A stretch of 58,614 bases of DNA from IMG/VR virus record IMGVR_UViG_3300032305_000642, positions 1 to 58,614 of that record, one strand, 5' to 3'. The notes under the pieces were generated by a model. It did no database searches. It was not told where the DNA came from and saw only the letters and a program-made list of their open reading frames with translations. The stretch comes from a virus. Its lineage: Duplodnaviria; Caudoviricetes. This document shows, piece after piece, positions 29,927 through 39,367 of this stretch (positions are counted from its first letter, which is position 1; the number at the start of each line of letters is the position of its first letter). Made by a program: the position numbers and the translations under genes.

Positions 29927-30792
29927 GTTCTTAGCTCCGTTACGTTTTCACAAGACTTACAGATACTGCACTTATCAAACCCATCAGCTTCGTTCATCTT
30001 GATGATCTCGCCTAGCTTCTCGCCTTCAAATATCTCAGCGTAGGTTTGTGTCAATAGGTTGCCGATGATATGTTTTAAGTTGTAGTCCATACAGCACAGC
30101 ACAACATCACCATTAGGTAGCAACACGTTGCGATCATAGAAAGGTGTGCTCTTACAAGTTAATGGGAACGTGTTGTAGGGCGTGATACTAATTGCTTGCC
30201 CTTTGACTTGTTCTACGTCAAGACTGTCTGCTCTTGTATGTCCTTGCCAGCCAGCTAATCTACCAACGTATGGCTGTAAGAACTCATGCACTACACCTGA
30301 TCTATCCATAGTCATAGCACCGACACCGCATGGCACATCTACCTTAGACATAACCTCAAAGGCGTTCATCCATTCTGTCGTTGCTTTCCACCCTTTCATA
30401 TTGCCGTTGTTATCAGGTAGGTGGAGCATAATTACTTCTACTTGATCAGGATGTGACTCCAACGCCGTGCGCACCTTTTCAGGGTCAATCATGCCATACA
30501 GGGTGGTGTAGATAGCTACCTTAAAGCCCATGTATAAGACCATCTCAAGCATAGTAGTGCATGCAGGGTTAGCCCAAGGTTCAGACATACCTGAGAAGTC
30601 AATGCGTGTGTCTCTTGGTAGCTTAGCTAGCACCGTCATTAAATCCATGGGTTGCATGTATTTATCAGACGTACCATATTGCGTACGTAAGTTGTCTTGT
30701 GGGCAAAACGAGCACATCAATGGGCAACCTATCATGGTGGTTAATTCCATAACGGGTCCATCGTTGTGCACGATGCCGTACCGTTCTCTCAT
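29923..30792 (-). CDS. Radical SAM enzyme with SPASM/twitch-like C-terminal domain
   Basis: CPLMCSFC (CxxxCxxC), FSGMSEP, C...NGDVVLCCMD...IGNL...CKSC. Confidence 0.88.
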   Translation of the reverse strand: MRERYGIVHNDGPVMELTTMIGCPLMCSFCPQDNLRTQYGTSDKYMQPMDLMTVLAKLPRDTRIDFSGMSEPWANPACTTMLEMVLYMGFKVAIYTTLYGMIDPEKVRTALESHPDQVEVIMLHLPDNNGNMKGWKATTEWMNAFEVMSKVDVPCGVGAMTMDRSGVVHEFLQPYVGRLAGWQGHTRADSLDVEQVKGQAISITPYNTFPLTCKSTPFYDRNVLLPNGDVVLCCMDYNLKHIIGNLLTQTYAEIFEGEKLGEIIKMNEADGFDKCSICKSCENVTELRT

Positions 30793-31655
30793 CTCATCTC
30801 CTTTACTGCGTTGTGCACAAACGCAAGCGCTTCGTTAAGGTTTGGTTCTTCTTTGAGTAAGGGTTGCTCGTACATGTATTGGTAGTGGTCTATGCTTGTG
30901 TCAAAGATTCTAACCGTATCGGCAAACCAGTCCATGTTTTTGGTGTTCATGTAGTTTATGAACGCAAGATCGTTAAAGTCGCAATCCACAGACATGGTTC
31001 CGCTATACAAAGGCACAGTCAGCCCAGCGTACGCATCAATCAGCTTCTCTGTAACGTATCCATCGTAGACCGAGTTCTCAGGACACAGGCAGAACTTATA
31101 CTCAGGAAGAATAGCAAACTTAGATTTACGCAACGAGTTGCCAAACATATTGCCGTACCCATCTACCTGTTTGTATCGTGAGATAGTGTTGTATAAGTTA
31201 ATGCGTAGCCCCTCAGGATTGCCAGCTACCATGACACAGAACTTATCCTTGATTTTGATGTCGAGCTTACGTGGTTGAGTAAGGCTCTTGATGGGAATGA
31301 GTTGCTCGTATCCATGATTGTTAGAACCTACACGCCTAGGCTTTTGTTCAAACCCATCCCAAGCTAGCCTGCTCCACCAAAGCGGCAAGCGGAAGTTGCG
31401 CCCACCATAGGTATCCCAGTCAAAAGAAAGACTGTAGTCGTACCCCACATAGCTAGGTCGTACGTTCTCTCCAATGTACATGATGGTCTTCTTCGGGTCA
31501 GTATGCACATTACCAAACACCGAACTGATAACTACGTCAGCGGTGTGTGGGTTGTCGGTGTATTCCATACCACCTAATGCTTTGTTAAAGAAGAACTCAA
31601 AGAAGTCCCCATCAAAAGCGCCATCCCAAAAGTTAACGACGCATACTTTTTTCAT
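30789..31655 (-). CDS. GT10-family (alpha-1,3-fucosyltransferase-like) glycosyltransferase
   Basis: GENVRP, DYSLSFD, and YKFCLCPENSVYDGYVTEKLIDAY, the GT10 signature. Confidence 0.85.
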   Translation of the reverse strand: MKKVCVVNFWDGAFDGDFFEFFFNKALGGMEYTDNPHTADVVISSVFGNVHTDPKKTIMYIGENVRPSYVGYDYSLSFDWDTYGGRNFRLPLWWSRLAWDGFEQKPRRVGSNNHGYEQLIPIKSLTQPRKLDIKIKDKFCVMVAGNPEGLRINLYNTISRYKQVDGYGNMFGNSLRKSKFAILPEYKFCLCPENSVYDGYVTEKLIDAYAGLTVPLYSGTMSVDCDFNDLAFINYMNTKNMDWFADTVRIFDTSIDHYQYMYEQPLLKEEPNLNEALAFVHNAVKEMR

Positions 31656-31831
31656 CGGTGTGTCCTTACGTTAGGTGTCCATAGGCTTTCAATTTTTCTA
31701 AACTCTTCAAGGCGCTCAACAAATGGATGCGGTGTTGGTACGTAAGGCTTGAGGGCTATCCCTACACGTGGTTGTGCAACAGCGAACTCGCCTTGTTGTG
31801 GTTTGTATGTTTCAAAGTTTGATGATTTCAT
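31652..31831 (-). CDS. Small hypothetical protein (59 aa)
   Basis: MKSSNFETYKPQQGEFAVAQPR...NVRTHR; ATGA overlaps at both ends. Confidence 0.65.
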   Translation of the reverse strand: MKSSNFETYKPQQGEFAVAQPRVGIALKPYVPTPHPFVERLEEFRKIESLWTPNVRTHR

Positions 31832-32058
31832 TGCAATGTCCTGTTCTTCATTTGGTCAGTTATACGGGTACTAAGTTCTGCGGCGGTTTCAAGTAAAAGT
31901 ATTGGTAGTTCACTCTCATCAATGTTCAAGCCAAACACCTTGACGGTATCTTTCTCGTTGTTGACCACGATTACTACGGCTGAATGAACCGAGTCCTCAA
32001 TCGTGCACTGTGCAATAGCTTTCTGTACGTCGTCGTATGCTTCTTCTTTGCTACTCAT
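31828..32058 (-). CDS. Hypothetical protein
   Basis: Coupled ORF. Confidence 0.65.
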   Translation of the reverse strand: MSSKEEAYDDVQKAIAQCTIEDSVHSAVVIVVNNEKDTVKVFGLNIDESELPILLLETAAELSTRITDQMKNRTLQ

Positions 32059-32354
32059 ATCATTCCTTTATCAATAATGGTAAAGCGCTTCTGAACATCA
32101 TCAATGTTGTCTTCGTTCACTACCAACGTGAACCCATGTGCTTGTCTGATCTTTGCCATCTCTGCTTCTTGTAAAGGCGTGGGTTTGTTACTACCAGCCT
32201 TACACTCAATAGCAACGAAATAACCCCGATAACAACACACAACATCAGGAACCCCACTACGCCCATAGCCACCAGTAGCAGGGAAAAAATAGTAAGCGCT
32301 ATTCTTTTTAATAACATCAACGACTTTCTTCTTTACCTTAGCTTCGGGGGTCAT
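32055..32354 (-). CDS. VRR-NUC nuclease
   Basis: TPEAKVK, GVPD, AIECKA, PTPLQ. Confidence 0.85.
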   Translation of the reverse strand: MTPEAKVKKKVVDVIKKNSAYYFFPATGGYGRSGVPDVVCCYRGYFVAIECKAGSNKPTPLQEAEMAKIRQAHGFTLVVNEDNIDDVQKRFTIIDKGMI

Positions 32355-32563
32355 GGCGAATCATGCAAAGGCGCTTCGTGACTGCGCCTTCGCACCTCAT
32401 CAACACGTTGTAAACAAACGACTATTTGATTAACAGACATTTGAAACAAATCGTTGTCCTGTACCTCGTACGCTTTGAGTGCCATGATTACTTCGGCTTC
32501 AAGGTTGCATAGAGCGGCGTTCTCACGCATAAGGGCAAGCACATCACTTTCTGACATAGCCAT
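32351..32563 (-). CDS. Hypothetical protein
   Basis: Coupled ORF. Confidence 0.6.
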   Translation of the reverse strand: MAMSESDVLALMRENAALCNLEAEVIMALKAYEVQDNDLFQMSVNQIVVCLQRVDEVRRRSHEAPLHDSP

Positions 32564-32843
32564 CTTTAATCTCCTGTATTAGTCCTTCCCCTTTGGCGCT
32601 GATTGTAAGATCAACACCTCGTCTATCTATCTTGTCTTGCTTCTCAAGGACAAACTTCTTGGCAATGAGTTTGTGTAAGTACTTATGCGTGGTAGCTGGT
32701 GACATAACTGCTTGTGCTTCAGCTATCTTTAATACCGCCATCGTACCTAACGGGGCTTCCGCATTGACCATACCCAGTATGTATTCTTCTTGCCAACCTA
32801 TGCGGTGTCGTTTTCTAATTGCTTGTGTGTCGTATGCGTTCAC
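32544..32843 (-). CDS. MarR-like winged-helix protein
   Basis: SPATTHKYLHKLIAKKFV...DRRGVDLTISAKG. Confidence 0.7.
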   Translation of the reverse strand: MNAYDTQAIRKRHRIGWQEEYILGMVNAEAPLGTMAVLKIAEAQAVMSPATTHKYLHKLIAKKFVLEKQDKIDRRGVDLTISAKGEGLIQEIKDGYVRK

Positions 32844-33142
32844 TCTGCTTTCTCCTTCTTTGGTTGTTCATCACAGCGTTCGATCAATGCGGCATACCCA
32901 CATATGTCTACTAAGTTGTCCCTATGCGTTGGGTCATTAGCGAACCTAGCTACCTTGACTAACATCATCAAAGCGGCTACGTCTTTCTCGTCAATGACCC
33001 CACCATCTTCTTTCATTGCACCACACGCAACCAAATAGGAATTCCACATGGTAGCGATGGTACGTAGGTTTTTAGATGGATGACCGTAGGTCTTCTCCCT
33101 ATCCCCATAGATAATGGCGTTAGCTTCTTTTAATACACTCAT
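32840..33142 (-). CDS. DUF6378-like protein (all-alpha NTP pyrophosphohydrolase-like)
   Basis: GDREKTYGHP, IATMW, MMLVKVAR, HRDNLVDICGYA. Confidence 0.75.
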   Translation of the reverse strand: MSVLKEANAIIYGDREKTYGHPSKNLRTIATMWNSYLVACGAMKEDGGVIDEKDVAALMMLVKVARFANDPTHRDNLVDICGYAALIERCDEQPKKEKAE

Positions 33143-33303
33143 GCTACCTCCTCAACGTCATAAATTTCCATGTCGGTGTCGTCAGGTTTTCTATCGCCGA
33201 TCTCGACATCCCACGCTTTCTCTCGTGCTTCTTCCCAAGAATTGGCATCGACTTCTACTTTGTAATATTGCTTGTGTATTACCCATGCTTTCCATTTACT
33301 CAT
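33139..33303 (-). CDS. Small acidic protein (start reassigned to MSKWKAW)
   Basis: GGGGG RBS before ATG at 33303; VEVDANSWEEA motif. Confidence 0.6.
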   Translation of the reverse strand: MSKWKAWVIHKQYYKVEVDANSWEEAREKAWDVEIGDRKPDDTDMEIYDVEEVA

Positions 33304-33313
33304 ACAACCCCCC

Positions 33314-34186
33314 TTAAATAGCAAACTTAGATAAGATGTCATCGACTTGTGTCTTAACATCGTTGCGTGCTTCGACATCTTTGCGTAAGTCCTTGACGTC
33401 AACCCCGTTGATAATTTGCTTCAATGCCTTGCGTGCCTCTTCGATACTAGGGTCATTGATTATATTCAAGTCCTTAGCCAAGTCACATAATTCATGCGCT
33501 GTATCTAGCAACGAGTCGTGGAACTTACGAGGCTTAGCCTCACCAGCTACTGTGTCAATGGTCAAGCGATCAGACATACGCTTGAGGTGCTCCACCATAC
33601 GTTGCTTAAAAGAACCTATTGCGTTCTCTACTCGCTCGTCAGCTAACTTGGATAGCTTAGCTTTGAGTTCGGCTTGTGCGGCATTACCTACGTCTACACG
33701 AAAGTCACCCGATGAAGGCACAGGCATGTAGTTAACGCTGAACCTAAAGCGGTGCTCGATGTCGTTAGGTTGTGGGTAGTCATCACGTTTGAACATGTCA
33801 CCCAATGCCATAGCTTGTGCAGTAATGAGCGATGGGTACACACGTACAAACTCGGTGACCAAGCCGTAGAACGTATCCTCTGCCTCTTGTAGCTTGGCAT
33901 TGAATTCCATGAACTTAGTGCTGGCTAACAGACGAATACCTGAGTCACTCCAAGGCAACGTGTTGTCATACACCATGTCCCTTGTCTGTGTTACGAACTT
34001 GGTAATAACTTCCAACTCGTTACGACCAGCAAGCAAGTGTTTGTTTACACGTGCCGCACCCTTGTCTTGCGCTTGCTTGTTGGCAACCAACTCGTCAGAT
34101 ACCGAGCGGTCTAGCTTACGTGCAGTCCATTGTGAAACAGATAGCTCTACCAACATAGAGCATGTGTCGATGTTATAGCGTGTCAT
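33314..34186 (-). CDS. DUF3150-like protein
   Basis: WTARKLD, TLPWSDSGIRLL, LGDMFKRDDYP; lies next to the AAA/vWA genes. Confidence 0.6.
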   Translation of the reverse strand: MTRYNIDTCSMLVELSVSQWTARKLDRSVSDELVANKQAQDKGAARVNKHLLAGRNELEVITKFVTQTRDMVYDNTLPWSDSGIRLLASTKFMEFNAKLQEAEDTFYGLVTEFVRVYPSLITAQAMALGDMFKRDDYPQPNDIEHRFRFSVNYMPVPSSGDFRVDVGNAAQAELKAKLSKLADERVENAIGSFKQRMVEHLKRMSDRLTIDTVAGEAKPRKFHDSLLDTAHELCDLAKDLNIINDPSIEEARKALKQIINGVDVKDLRKDVEARNDVKTQVDDILSKFAI

Positions 34187-34218
34187 AATAGTATTGCTCC
34201 TCGTTTAGTTTGTGTTAA

Positions 34219-34713
34219 TTAACTACTACTGCGTGGATAACGTAATGCTTCGATGTCAAATGTTCTAACTCTTTCTTTTGGTTGTGCCTGTAACTCATCT
34301 AACCCCGACAACAAGTCAGCAACAGGATCATTCTTCATGAACGCCGCTACCTGTGGGTCAAAGCGCACTAACTCAACATGTTGCTTGTCGCTAGTAACGC
34401 GTGTCTTGTAGTTACCACTACCCCACAGCGCTGTTGCATATGAACTGATTGAACCACGCAACACCTCAGGCGCATACTTACCAGCAGGAATGAGCTTAGT
34501 GCTGTTGATCATTATTCCATTCATGAATGGCATGATGTAGTTACGCACCTCACCCAACGGGTAGATAGAACGGCGACGCTTGAGTTTCTTTACTTGCTCT
34601 ATGTTGAGGTCGCCATGCTTGCCGCCATCGCTGTCTACGATAGCGTACTTAAGGTTAAGGCTGTTCAATACGCCACACACTTTGTTTAATACAGAAAGTT
34701 CTACTTGGTTCAT
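34219..34713 (-). CDS. Hypothetical protein (start reassigned to MNQVELS)
   Basis: AAGGAG RBS upstream of 34713. Confidence 0.65.
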   Translation of the reverse strand: MNQVELSVLNKVCGVLNSLNLKYAIVDSDGGKHGDLNIEQVKKLKRRRSIYPLGEVRNYIMPFMNGIMINSTKLIPAGKYAPEVLRGSISSYATALWGSGNYKTRVTSDKQHVELVRFDPQVAAFMKNDPVADLLSGLDELQAQPKERVRTFDIEALRYPRSSS

Positions 34714-34729
34714 TTGTAATACTCCTTGT

Positions 34730-35923
34730 TTAGTTTGAATAGATACGTACAGTCTTACCCTGCGGTGCAACGAAGTGGTCGTTGTTAACCACACCCCACA
34801 ACGCAGGCACATCTACCTTGCCATCACTACCATCAAGGTACCCATCAGTCAGCCACACTACACCCTTGGGCTGATACTTCTTGCTACGGATATACTCCAC
34901 AACACACGATGGCGAAGTACCGCCACCACCAGCAGGCTTGAGCAACGATGCGATATTGGCAAACTCATGCGGCTTGAACACTTGGTCACCACATACTGCG
35001 CAGTCCCACCATATAACACGCACGCTATCAGGGTTGACGTTCTGTGCAATGCGGGCTATCTCACCGAACACAGTAGGATAGATACCGCCCATCGAACCTG
35101 ATGTATCACAGGCAACAATGAGTTCACCAGTAGCCTCAGAGAAGTGAGATGGCATGATGACACCGAGAGGTAGCAAGCGCTTGTTGGGCGGTGCAAAGCG
35201 AGAGTACTCATCACCCTCGCATAGTGCAGTAATCCACTCACGCATATGCTCACGCCAGTTAGTGTCACGCTTCTGTGTAGCACGATCGAGTGCGCTGTTG
35301 CGTGAACCTTTGCCTGCGATCTTGTCGGCAAGTATCTTACCCTGACGACCAGCATCATCCATCTGACGAGCTAGCTCGTTGGCTTCCTTACTACCTAGCT
35401 CAACTGCTTTGTCGAACATATGCTCATCGAGTGTGCCATACCCACCCTTACCCTTGGGTGGTGGAGGTGGAGGATTACGCAACAAGTCTTGCAGTACCTC
35501 GATGAATGACCAGCCCTGATACTTGACGTCGATCAATGGCGCAGGGTCTACTATGCGCTCGACAAACGTGAAGTTGGGGTCAATCTCCTCGATGGTTGCA
35601 TTGACTACATAGTCCATAGCCATGTTGCATAGCTGTGGATACTTCTTGGATAGCTCCATGTAGTTAGTGCAGTGCATCAACGCCTTGTGCAATGACTCAT
35701 GCGCAACGAGATAACGCAACTGCTTGCGGTTAAGACCGGCAACAAACGCAGGGTCATAGTAAACATCACGACCATCTGTGCCTGCCGTACCGATGTCCTC
35801 GAACTTGATGTCACCGACATACACATAGCCTGATAGACCAGCGAAGTCTTTGTTGTTGGTGAAGTCAACGTGTACTGCGATCACCCGATCGGGTGAGGAT
35901 AGCTTATCCCATGTCTTGCTCAT
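34730..35923 (-). CDS. DUF2201-type metallopeptidase + vWA domain protein
   Basis: TAGTDG, AHESLH, NMAMD; MIDAS DTSGSM, GGGT, TDG. Confidence 0.85.
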   Translation of the reverse strand: MSKTWDKLSSPDRVIAVHVDFTNNKDFAGLSGYVYVGDIKFEDIGTAGTDGRDVYYDPAFVAGLNRKQLRYLVAHESLHKALMHCTNYMELSKKYPQLCNMAMDYVVNATIEEIDPNFTFVERIVDPAPLIDVKYQGWSFIEVLQDLLRNPPPPPPKGKGGYGTLDEHMFDKAVELGSKEANELARQMDDAGRQGKILADKIAGKGSRNSALDRATQKRDTNWREHMREWITALCEGDEYSRFAPPNKRLLPLGVIMPSHFSEATGELIVACDTSGSMGGIYPTVFGEIARIAQNVNPDSVRVIWWDCAVCGDQVFKPHEFANIASLLKPAGGGGTSPSCVVEYIRSKKYQPKGVVWLTDGYLDGSDGKVDVPALWGVVNNDHFVAPQGKTVRIYSN

Positions 35924-36141
35924 GCTAATACCTCCACTTGTGAGTTAGTTTCAATCCATACCTTTGCGCCACATGACAACGGCTTGTCGGGTGAATAGAT
36001 TACTTTGCTATCACCTTTGATCGTTACCTCATGCGCATAGGTATTGCTCTTGTATGTCTTAATTGTTAAGACAGGATCGTGCGTGCCATTCTTAGTGTTG
36101 GCTCTTACTGCATGCTGATTTACATGTATGATGGTTTTCAT
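35920..36141 (-). CDS. Conserved small phage protein
   Basis: IHVNQH...PLSCGAKVWIET. Confidence 0.65.
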   Translation of the reverse strand: MKTIIHVNQHAVRANTKNGTHDPVLTIKTYKSNTYAHEVTIKGDSKVIYSPDKPLSCGAKVWIETNSQVEVLA

Positions 36142-36150
36142 ACAACCCCC

Positions 36151-37266
36151 TTACTTGGTTGAGAAGTAAATCTTGTTGTCATTCATCAATACTTGGAACG
36201 GCTTGACTGTAACGAACAACGCCGCACGTGTAGAGTTGGCAATGTTGTTAGCGAACATGGACTGCAACTCACGACGATTGCGTAATACATACTCGGTGCA
36301 TGCCTCAGCTTCCTCTCGTGTACTTGTATCCGTCACACACTTGAGCACAGTAATGATCTGCGCTACTGGATTGCTAGGGATAGGGCAAGTAGATGGTGAG
36401 CTAACTATCTTGCTGAACGCAGGCGTCTCATCACCGAAGCGAATGAACGCACCCATAACCTCGGCACCAGCACGACCGATAGTACCCTCGAGTAGACCCT
36501 GCAACGTATCGGTATCAAGGAACTCACGTTCTCTGACAATGTCACTAGCTGAATGTAGTGAGCGAGGTGTGATGTAAGCCTGCTGAGATAACAACGGGTT
36601 GAAGATGAAGTCGTTCTCCTTGGATTGATCACGACCTGCATACTTACCGCCATCTTGGAAGTCAAGGAAGCTATCGAACCAGCGTGTGTTTTGCTCGGTG
36701 CACGCTAAGATGATAGGGTCAATGCCGTTATCCATACCCCAGCTATTCCATTCTTGTTGCGTAGGCTTACGCATGGTCAAGAACACAAGACGATTACGCA
36801 AGTGCGCCTGTATGCTATCGCCTAGACCCTCGACCGCGAGGTTAGTACCGGCGAACACAACAGAACCCTCAGCCATCTCGTAGTTACCAACGGCACGCTC
36901 GTACACAATCGGAGCAAGCACGTCCTTGATGTACTGCTTAGCCTTAGCCAACTCATCAAGGAACACAAGCGATGGTCGTGCGCCATTGATACCCTTCTGA
37001 TTGGTCTTGCTTACACCGAACCGCTCGTTGGGTAGCTCACGTGATACGCCTGCGTCACGATCAATGTCAGGCATCCACACAGAACCATCAGACATCTGGG
37101 TACAGTCGAGCTTGACACCGATGTGATTGGCAAAGAACGGGTCACGCTCAAGCGTGTGATAGATACCAGTCTTGCCGATACCATTCTCACCCTGAACAAT
37201 GATGGTGCGCTTGTGACCAATCTTCTTGATTGCGTTTGCTACTTGTAGTGAATTAAGTAATTTCAT
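36151..37266 (-). CDS. MoxR-like AAA+ ATPase
   Basis: Walker A GENGIGKT, Walker B VFLDE, LRNR, TPRS. Confidence 0.85.
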   Translation of the reverse strand: MKLLNSLQVANAIKKIGHKRTIIVQGENGIGKTGIYHTLERDPFFANHIGVKLDCTQMSDGSVWMPDIDRDAGVSRELPNERFGVSKTNQKGINGARPSLVFLDELAKAKQYIKDVLAPIVYERAVGNYEMAEGSVVFAGTNLAVEGLGDSIQAHLRNRLVFLTMRKPTQQEWNSWGMDNGIDPIILACTEQNTRWFDSFLDFQDGGKYAGRDQSKENDFIFNPLLSQQAYITPRSLHSASDIVREREFLDTDTLQGLLEGTIGRAGAEVMGAFIRFGDETPAFSKIVSSPSTCPIPSNPVAQIITVLKCVTDTSTREEAEACTEYVLRNRRELQSMFANNIANSTRAALFVTVKPFQVLMNDNKIYFSTK

Positions 37267-37311
37267 GGTGCTTATATCCTCGTTCGTTTTATTTACTACT
37301 GGTTTTTAGAA

Positions 37312-37339
37312 AGTATAACATACTGCTTTATAGAAACAA
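37312..37339 (-). promoter_or_regulatory. sigma70 promoter of the AAA/vWA operon
   Basis: TTGTTT-16bp-TATACT with TGn extension. Confidence 0.6.
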
Positions 37340-37346
37340 CAACTAC

Positions 37347-38321
37347 TTAACCTCCTTTCTTATTGGCTCGGGTGTAATAAGTTCTTGGCAACGTCTTGCT
37401 GAACTGTGGCAGGGGTACTGATTCTGTGCCTTTGGATAGCCCAGCAAACGACATTAGCCTAGCAACTAGCGACTTCTTGAACTCATCGGGGGTGATCTTA
37501 TCCACGATGTCATTGGCTTGCTCTTGTGCATCATCAGCCGCCGCAGGGTCACGTTGCCTGTGCCAATTACCAATCTTGTAGAACAAGTTGGCGTTGTCAT
37601 GGTTGTACACCTTCTTGCTAGCTAGCATGTCGAAGCAATCCTGTGCCACCTTGTCGAAGGTTTCCATGAATGCCTGAGAGTCAAGGGGTAGGGGTCGGTT
37701 GCGCATAGCATCTTCCATAGTTCCGCACAACGAGTAGCTCAAGCGTGACTCACCGAACGGCTTGCCCATGTTTGTAGATAGGTTGACGTTATCTCGTAGC
37801 GTGGGTAGCTTGAACATCTGAAGCGTGACGTAGGCATCGAGCTCAGCCTTGATGTCCTTGCGTGTCTGCTTGTCATCGGAGGTAGATGCAAGGCGGTATA
37901 TGTCAGCATGCCATGACCTTTCTGTTATTAACCTGTCTTGTGCGTCATACACCAACAAAGCTGAGAAGTCTTTGCCTTGCTCCTTGTAGTAGGGGTTGAG
38001 TGGCACACGCACCATGTCGCCTAGCGTGGTAGTAATGCCCATGCTTGAGTAGTAGCCTGTGAACTTGTACTGTAGGTGTATATCGTACGTACCATACAAG
38101 CCAATGACTGCAACCTCGTACTCACCCTGTTCATTGGGCTCAAACACACGCACTACCTCTACGCCGTTGACCTTGTACACATAACTATGTGCGTCTTTCT
38201 GCAACATCAGATGTGACTCAGATACCCTACGCAATGGGCGTTGAAACTCGTTGTACTTCTTACTGCGTGGTGGCTTCTTGGTCTTGTTGAATGTTGCTTC
38301 TGCTTGTTTGTATGTAATCAT
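37347..38321 (-). CDS. Hypothetical early protein
   Basis: 324 aa, AAGGAG RBS. Confidence 0.75.
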   Translation of the reverse strand: MITYKQAEATFNKTKKPPRSKKYNEFQRPLRRVSESHLMLQKDAHSYVYKVNGVEVVRVFEPNEQGEYEVAVIGLYGTYDIHLQYKFTGYYSSMGITTTLGDMVRVPLNPYYKEQGKDFSALLVYDAQDRLITERSWHADIYRLASTSDDKQTRKDIKAELDAYVTLQMFKLPTLRDNVNLSTNMGKPFGESRLSYSLCGTMEDAMRNRPLPLDSQAFMETFDKVAQDCFDMLASKKVYNHDNANLFYKIGNWHRQRDPAAADDAQEQANDIVDKITPDEFKKSLVARLMSFAGLSKGTESVPLPQFSKTLPRTYYTRANKKGG

Positions 38322-38503
38322 TTGATACTCCTTTGTTGGTTGATTGATACGGCTAGTGCCACTTGGTTGATGTACTGCTGTGCTTTACTGCGACTACTAA
38401 AATACTGCGCTGACCACGGCTTTGGTGTCCACCCGATAGTACCTACTGCGCCTTCGGGTCTGACGATATAGCCTGTGCGTAACTCTATTATTTCTAGATT
38501 CAT
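38318..38503 (-). CDS. Small early protein (MNLEIIELR)
   Basis: AAGGAG RBS, ATGA overlaps. Confidence 0.6.
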   Translation of the reverse strand: MNLEIIELRTGYIVRPEGAVGTIGWTPKPWSAQYFSSRSKAQQYINQVALAVSINQQRSIK

Positions 38504-38676
38504 ACAAACTCCTTTATCCAATCTACATACACTTCGTTTAAAGAAAACCACCGAGCCACACGCTTGTTATCGGGTAGGTGAAGCGGGTAGTTAACTAACA
38601 GACCACGCTCACCCCTACGCACAAGCACATAGAACTCAGGTTTGTCAGGCTTGCGATATAGCTTAACTACCCTCAT
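38500..38676 (-). CDS. Small early protein (MRVVKLYRK)
   Basis: GGGGG RBS. Confidence 0.55.
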   Translation of the reverse strand: MRVVKLYRKPDKPEFYVLVRRGERGLLVNYPLHLPDNKRVARWFSLNEVYVDWIKEFV

Positions 38677-38689
38677 ACATACCCCCCGT

Positions 38690-39367
38690 TTATTTGCTGA
38701 TTGATATGGTTGCATTGCTTAGGTATGCGTCAACTGCGTCGTCAATCTTGTCGCTGACCACATCATCAATGCGATCGCCTACTGCATCGTGCACCGCATC
38801 ATCGAAGTCGAAGTGGTTTGACACATCAAAGCAGTTCTCGAAATACGCATCAACTTCACACTCCACAACTTCTTGCACAGCGTCTTTAGCTATTACTGCT
38901 ATGTCCAACGCCTCAAGCTGGCGCTTAACTAACTCCTCAAACCATTCAGCTTGCACCAGTACTTGCTCTACGCAGTCTTGCAAAGTGGGAACATTTGTTC
39001 CCTCCTCGGGTTGGGCTTTAGGTTGGCTGATTATCGTAGTGAGCAAGAGCTTGAGGCTGATACTGAACTTCGCAATCATGTCCTCGATCACAGCTTCGGG
39101 GTTTACTTGGCTAGGCTGTGGTTCGGGGGCGCCGAGTGTACCCCCGTGTGTGTATTGAATTGCATCGGGGTTTGGTAGGTGTATGTTGTTCATGATGTCC
39201 TCTTTTGTTGGTTGTGGTTCGCTGATGTATCGTGTGTTTAGTATTTCCCTCAATGTTTCTTTGGCTTCTCTTGGTACTTCGATTGGTTGCTCGTGTTGTT
39301 CGATAGCCTTGAGTGCGTCCTCGGCTGTCATTGGTAGGTTTAATTCTTGGATTGTGAATGTAGTCAT
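38690..39367 (-). CDS. Acidic early protein
   Basis: AGGAG RBS; Asp-rich repetitive C-terminus. Confidence 0.7.
   Translation of the reverse strand: MTTFTIQELNLPMTAEDALKAIEQHEQPIEVPREAKETLREILNTRYISEPQPTKEDIMNNIHLPNPDAIQYTHGGTLGAPEPQPSQVNPEAVIEDMIAKFSISLKLLLTTIISQPKAQPEEGTNVPTLQDCVEQVLVQAEWFEELVKRQLEALDIAVIAKDAVQEVVECEVDAYFENCFDVSNHFDFDDAVHDAVGDRIDDVVSDKIDDAVDAYLSNATISISK
38987..39002. repeat. 16-bp palindrome copy 1 GGGAACATTTGTTCCC (intragenic)
   Basis: Direct read. Confidence 0.9.

Noticed and set aside
20831-30792. RiPP system pairing the six-Cys peptide with the radical SAM and GT2 enzymes
   Set aside because: Genes are about 9 kb apart, the peptide has a Sec signal favouring disulfides, and no RRE or transporter is visible; not excluded but unsupported
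32840-33142. Z-base or deazaguanine genome inferred from the DUF6378-like gene
   Set aside because: No purZ, folE/queCDE or dpdA recognisable in the window
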